Below, piece after piece: positions 54,901-56,031 of a stretch of 56,031 bases of DNA; the first letter of the stretch is position 1, and each line of letters starts with the position of its first letter. The DNA is taken from positions 1 to 56,031 of IMG/VR virus record IMGVR_UViG_3300008108_000486, one strand, 5' to 3'. The DNA comes from a virus. Its lineage: Duplodnaviria > Caudoviricetes. Below the pieces are notes generated by a model. The model saw nothing but the letters and a program-made list of their open reading frames with translations. It ran no database searches and was not told the DNA's origin. Both the position numbers and the translations under genes were made by a program.

Positions 54901-55904
54901 ATCCAGAGGCAGAACTAGCTGTTATTTCTCGCCGAGTTCGTATGAGACTTGCTGAAGAAGGTAAGGCTCTTCCAGACGGTTCTTACCCAATCCGTAACGA
55001 ACAGGATTTAAAAAATGCTGTCCGTGCCTATGGCCGTTCTAAGCCAGGCTACCGTGGCAGAGTGAAGCGTCACATTATGAAGAGAGCCATCGGGCTTAAT
55101 AGACAAGATTTAATTCCAGACGCATGGAAAGGTGCTGCCTCAGACCTAGACGATATCGTTGCCACATTCAAGGCCCGTGCTCAGGTTGCAGCAGCTTTAG
55201 TTACAGACCCTTCAAAACCACTTTCTATTAAAGAAATTACAGACAATTTAGAAGCAGTTTTTTCTGCAAAAGAATTTGCTGAAGATATTGTTGCTGAAGA
55301 AGATTTAGAAGGTTTAACAGAAGAAGAAATTGAGGTTTTAAAGCAGGAAGCCAAGTCTCGTAAGGCAGCAGAAAAGCAGTCTGAAGAGGATCGTGCTAAA
55401 TACACCCCAGAAACACAGCCTCGAGATGCATCAGGAAAATTCCGTCAAGTATTAGCCCGTATCAAGCAAAACCTTGGAACCTCTGGTTTGGACCGAGTTC
55501 TAGACAAGATTGAAGAGGCTGAAAACTTTGACAATACTGGAGACTACGCTGGAGCATCTAAAGCTGCAGCTGAACTACTCGAGATTATTGATCGTTTGGA
55601 CACTGGAGCGCTAAATGCTGAAGCTTTGGAGAACGTTCGCTTAAGCGCTGGTGAGCTTGGAAAGGTCATTGCAAACCTTCCTTTCGCCTTCGGTGAAGAG
55701 TCTCAAAAGATCCGTTACTCAGATATGCCTCCAGCCTTGAAAGATCTTATGAAAGACATGGTTAAGCGTGTGGAGGATAAGATCGGGCAGGAAGATGCCG
55801 ATATAGCCACAGAGGGCTTAAAAAAGTTCATCTCTGGCAGCGACCTTTACAACCAGTCCGAGATCTCTAGCGAGATGGCAAAGCTTCTCCGCTTACTTAC
55901 CTAA
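51888..55904 (+). CDS. capsid maturation protease / scaffold polyprotein
   Basis: EG.ESGDGR, LPLPL.WQ...GH...VVGKI, RGVSAD, TLV.KPAF; GRVYGHIA.W domain; LPDGSYPI.N..DL..A motif; acidic coiled-coil C-terminus. Confidence 0.8.
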   Translation: MVQVLTVFTELNQKVTFMFGMMANEPFIAQKVEKLYPEESKMYLDASQEIDGELLDEMALPDEMSGDWDFMDDSLTAAVGDGVYTPEERSENVSKQLRDKSGKFAKMGGRVIIGGRPQYQGNIRSIDPVTKTVGVELDNGSVINVSASMTEPLESYTPMPTMVAEGELDTSGILGEPRTPMDSPIRMPGTLPPLNAANLQLMLTNYPQWVSEQRLSPEATPTTQIKTSRADSVPSRVPQQPQNVEKEVSKDSPLYKYYPEKFTDWDKEVNAYNIPELKKWLEAGPESRRKYNPFVDPKKTEKFVEPRGIKSPKLDKYGQPLKASAIPNDMTPKTSDVPVLHMAVVSPDDPQAVMDLVALVPASDKSNQPAAFIRKDGKWIADPQMLMDLRSVTPPPVVVLDDATLIDVLSQVDDKPITAAGGLDRNRGQAEKLRRYWLYGKGAAKIRWRTPGDWTRCYRQLAKYMGPRAKGYCALRHKEANGYWPGDKKNQEMSSFTVNTLRDYDELLSSFVLRAKAADARARVMTAGGSMEEEYGSEFYIPLVIPEGVESGDGRVMDKGALSMRELPLPLLWQIQTGEGHNGSVVVGKIVSMERTEDGIGNAKGYFDKGAYGQEAERLVRGGFIRGVSADLDQFEADEEVKEAKEGSDTKIESGKIKIKKARVMAVTLVPKPAFQECSIQLADEMAVTLVPKPAFQECSIQLADELGGEEEEVNIPDGVYVEGVNPLDASALVACGMIAGAIPVTPPTEWFNNPKLSGPTPLTVDDDGRVYGHIAAWHVDHIGMSMGTKPPRSRSGYAYFHTGVVRTEDGSDVPVGQLTLAGGHASLEASASEAVRHYDDTASAIADVHAGEDAFGIWVAGSVRPGSTPEQIRALRASAPSGDWRPIKNSLELVAVCQVNVPGFPIARARVASGSVMALVAAGAQVLAQLKSDPLSEMQKRIEELEKPQKEALVASANAARARIQDFQNEQLKAQKALIAAKVAQVKADADSDFDYMNQTFDENPEAELAVISRRVRMRLAEEGKALPDGSYPIRNEQDLKNAVRAYGRSKPGYRGRVKRHIMKRAIGLNRQDLIPDAWKGAASDLDDIVATFKARAQVAAALVTDPSKPLSIKEITDNLEAVFSAKEFAEDIVAEEDLEGLTEEEIEVLKQEAKSRKAAEKQSEEDRAKYTPETQPRDASGKFRQVLARIKQNLGTSGLDRVLDKIEEAENFDNTGDYAGASKAAAELLEIIDRLDTGALNAEALENVRLSAGELGKVIANLPFAFGEESQKIRYSDMPPALKDLMKDMVKRVEDKIGQEDADIATEGLKKFISGSDLYNQSEISSEMAKLLRLLT
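53880..54005 (+). repeat. perfect 63-bp tandem duplication (in frame)
   Basis: 53880-53942 identical to 53943-54005; MAVTLVPKPAFQECSIQLADE x2. Confidence 0.95.
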
Positions 55905-56031
55905 GTAGAGAAAAATCGTACAAATAACAGTATAAAAAATAATGTACTATATAAATCAGGTGGAGTGCCTCCACGCATATGTGCGTTCTTGGAGTCCCTC
56001 GGCCTCGACTGATAAGCGAGACGAGAAGCCT

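Noticed and set aside
36556-55904. Numerous antisense and nested ORFs in the head module
   Set aside because: Shadow frames of long, codon-biased plus-strand genes
12506-55930. CGTACAA as a late-promoter motif (about 12506, 34957, 35004, 55918)
   Set aside because: Only four copies, with inconsistent spacing to -10-like elements; insufficient support
1-56031. Prophage, integrase, reverse transcriptase/DGR or rRNA
   Set aside because: No such motifs and no host housekeeping context were seen

Overview
A 56 kb segment of a large, AT-rich tailed dsDNA phage of Actinomycetota (WhiB, DUF3039, MSMEG_6728-like and DUF1360 genes; actinophage-type portal and capsid protease). Four blocks: (1) 1-10.1 kb, mostly minus-strand metabolic and modification genes (ABC ATPase-GNAT fusion, SpeD-like, methyltransferase, dCMP deaminase, tRNA-Glu, tRNA-Trp, WhiB, class II RNR, glycosyltransferase); (2) 10.1-16.6 kb, an inverted-repeat origin candidate, small genes, a holin-like gene, a terminase-small-subunit-like gene and a cluster of CCNGGAAMTAACAA sites that includes a 47-bp-period array; (3) about 16.6-34.9 kb, an early/host-takeover region of short genes with sigmaA-type promoters and terminators, a dispersed 22-bp motif and apparent complete TTAA avoidance; (4) 35-56 kb, head morphogenesis genes (portal, a polyvalent protein of about 3,650 aa with DEDDh exonuclease, SF1 helicase, ArdC and two zincin domains, and a capsid protease polyprotein). 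The most novel observation is a candidate RNA-RNA regulatory network in the early region. Hairpin loops at the 3' ends of three transcription units are complementary to the ribosome-binding leader of their own first gene. A stand-alone three-hairpin sRNA (about 27859-27957) presents UUCCCU(AG) loops complementary to a CUAGGGA leader motif found before about 10 early genes. Several genes show abrupt internal deletions or a perfect duplication, which are probably local assembly errors. All calls come from reading the sequence; no database searches or folding programs were run.
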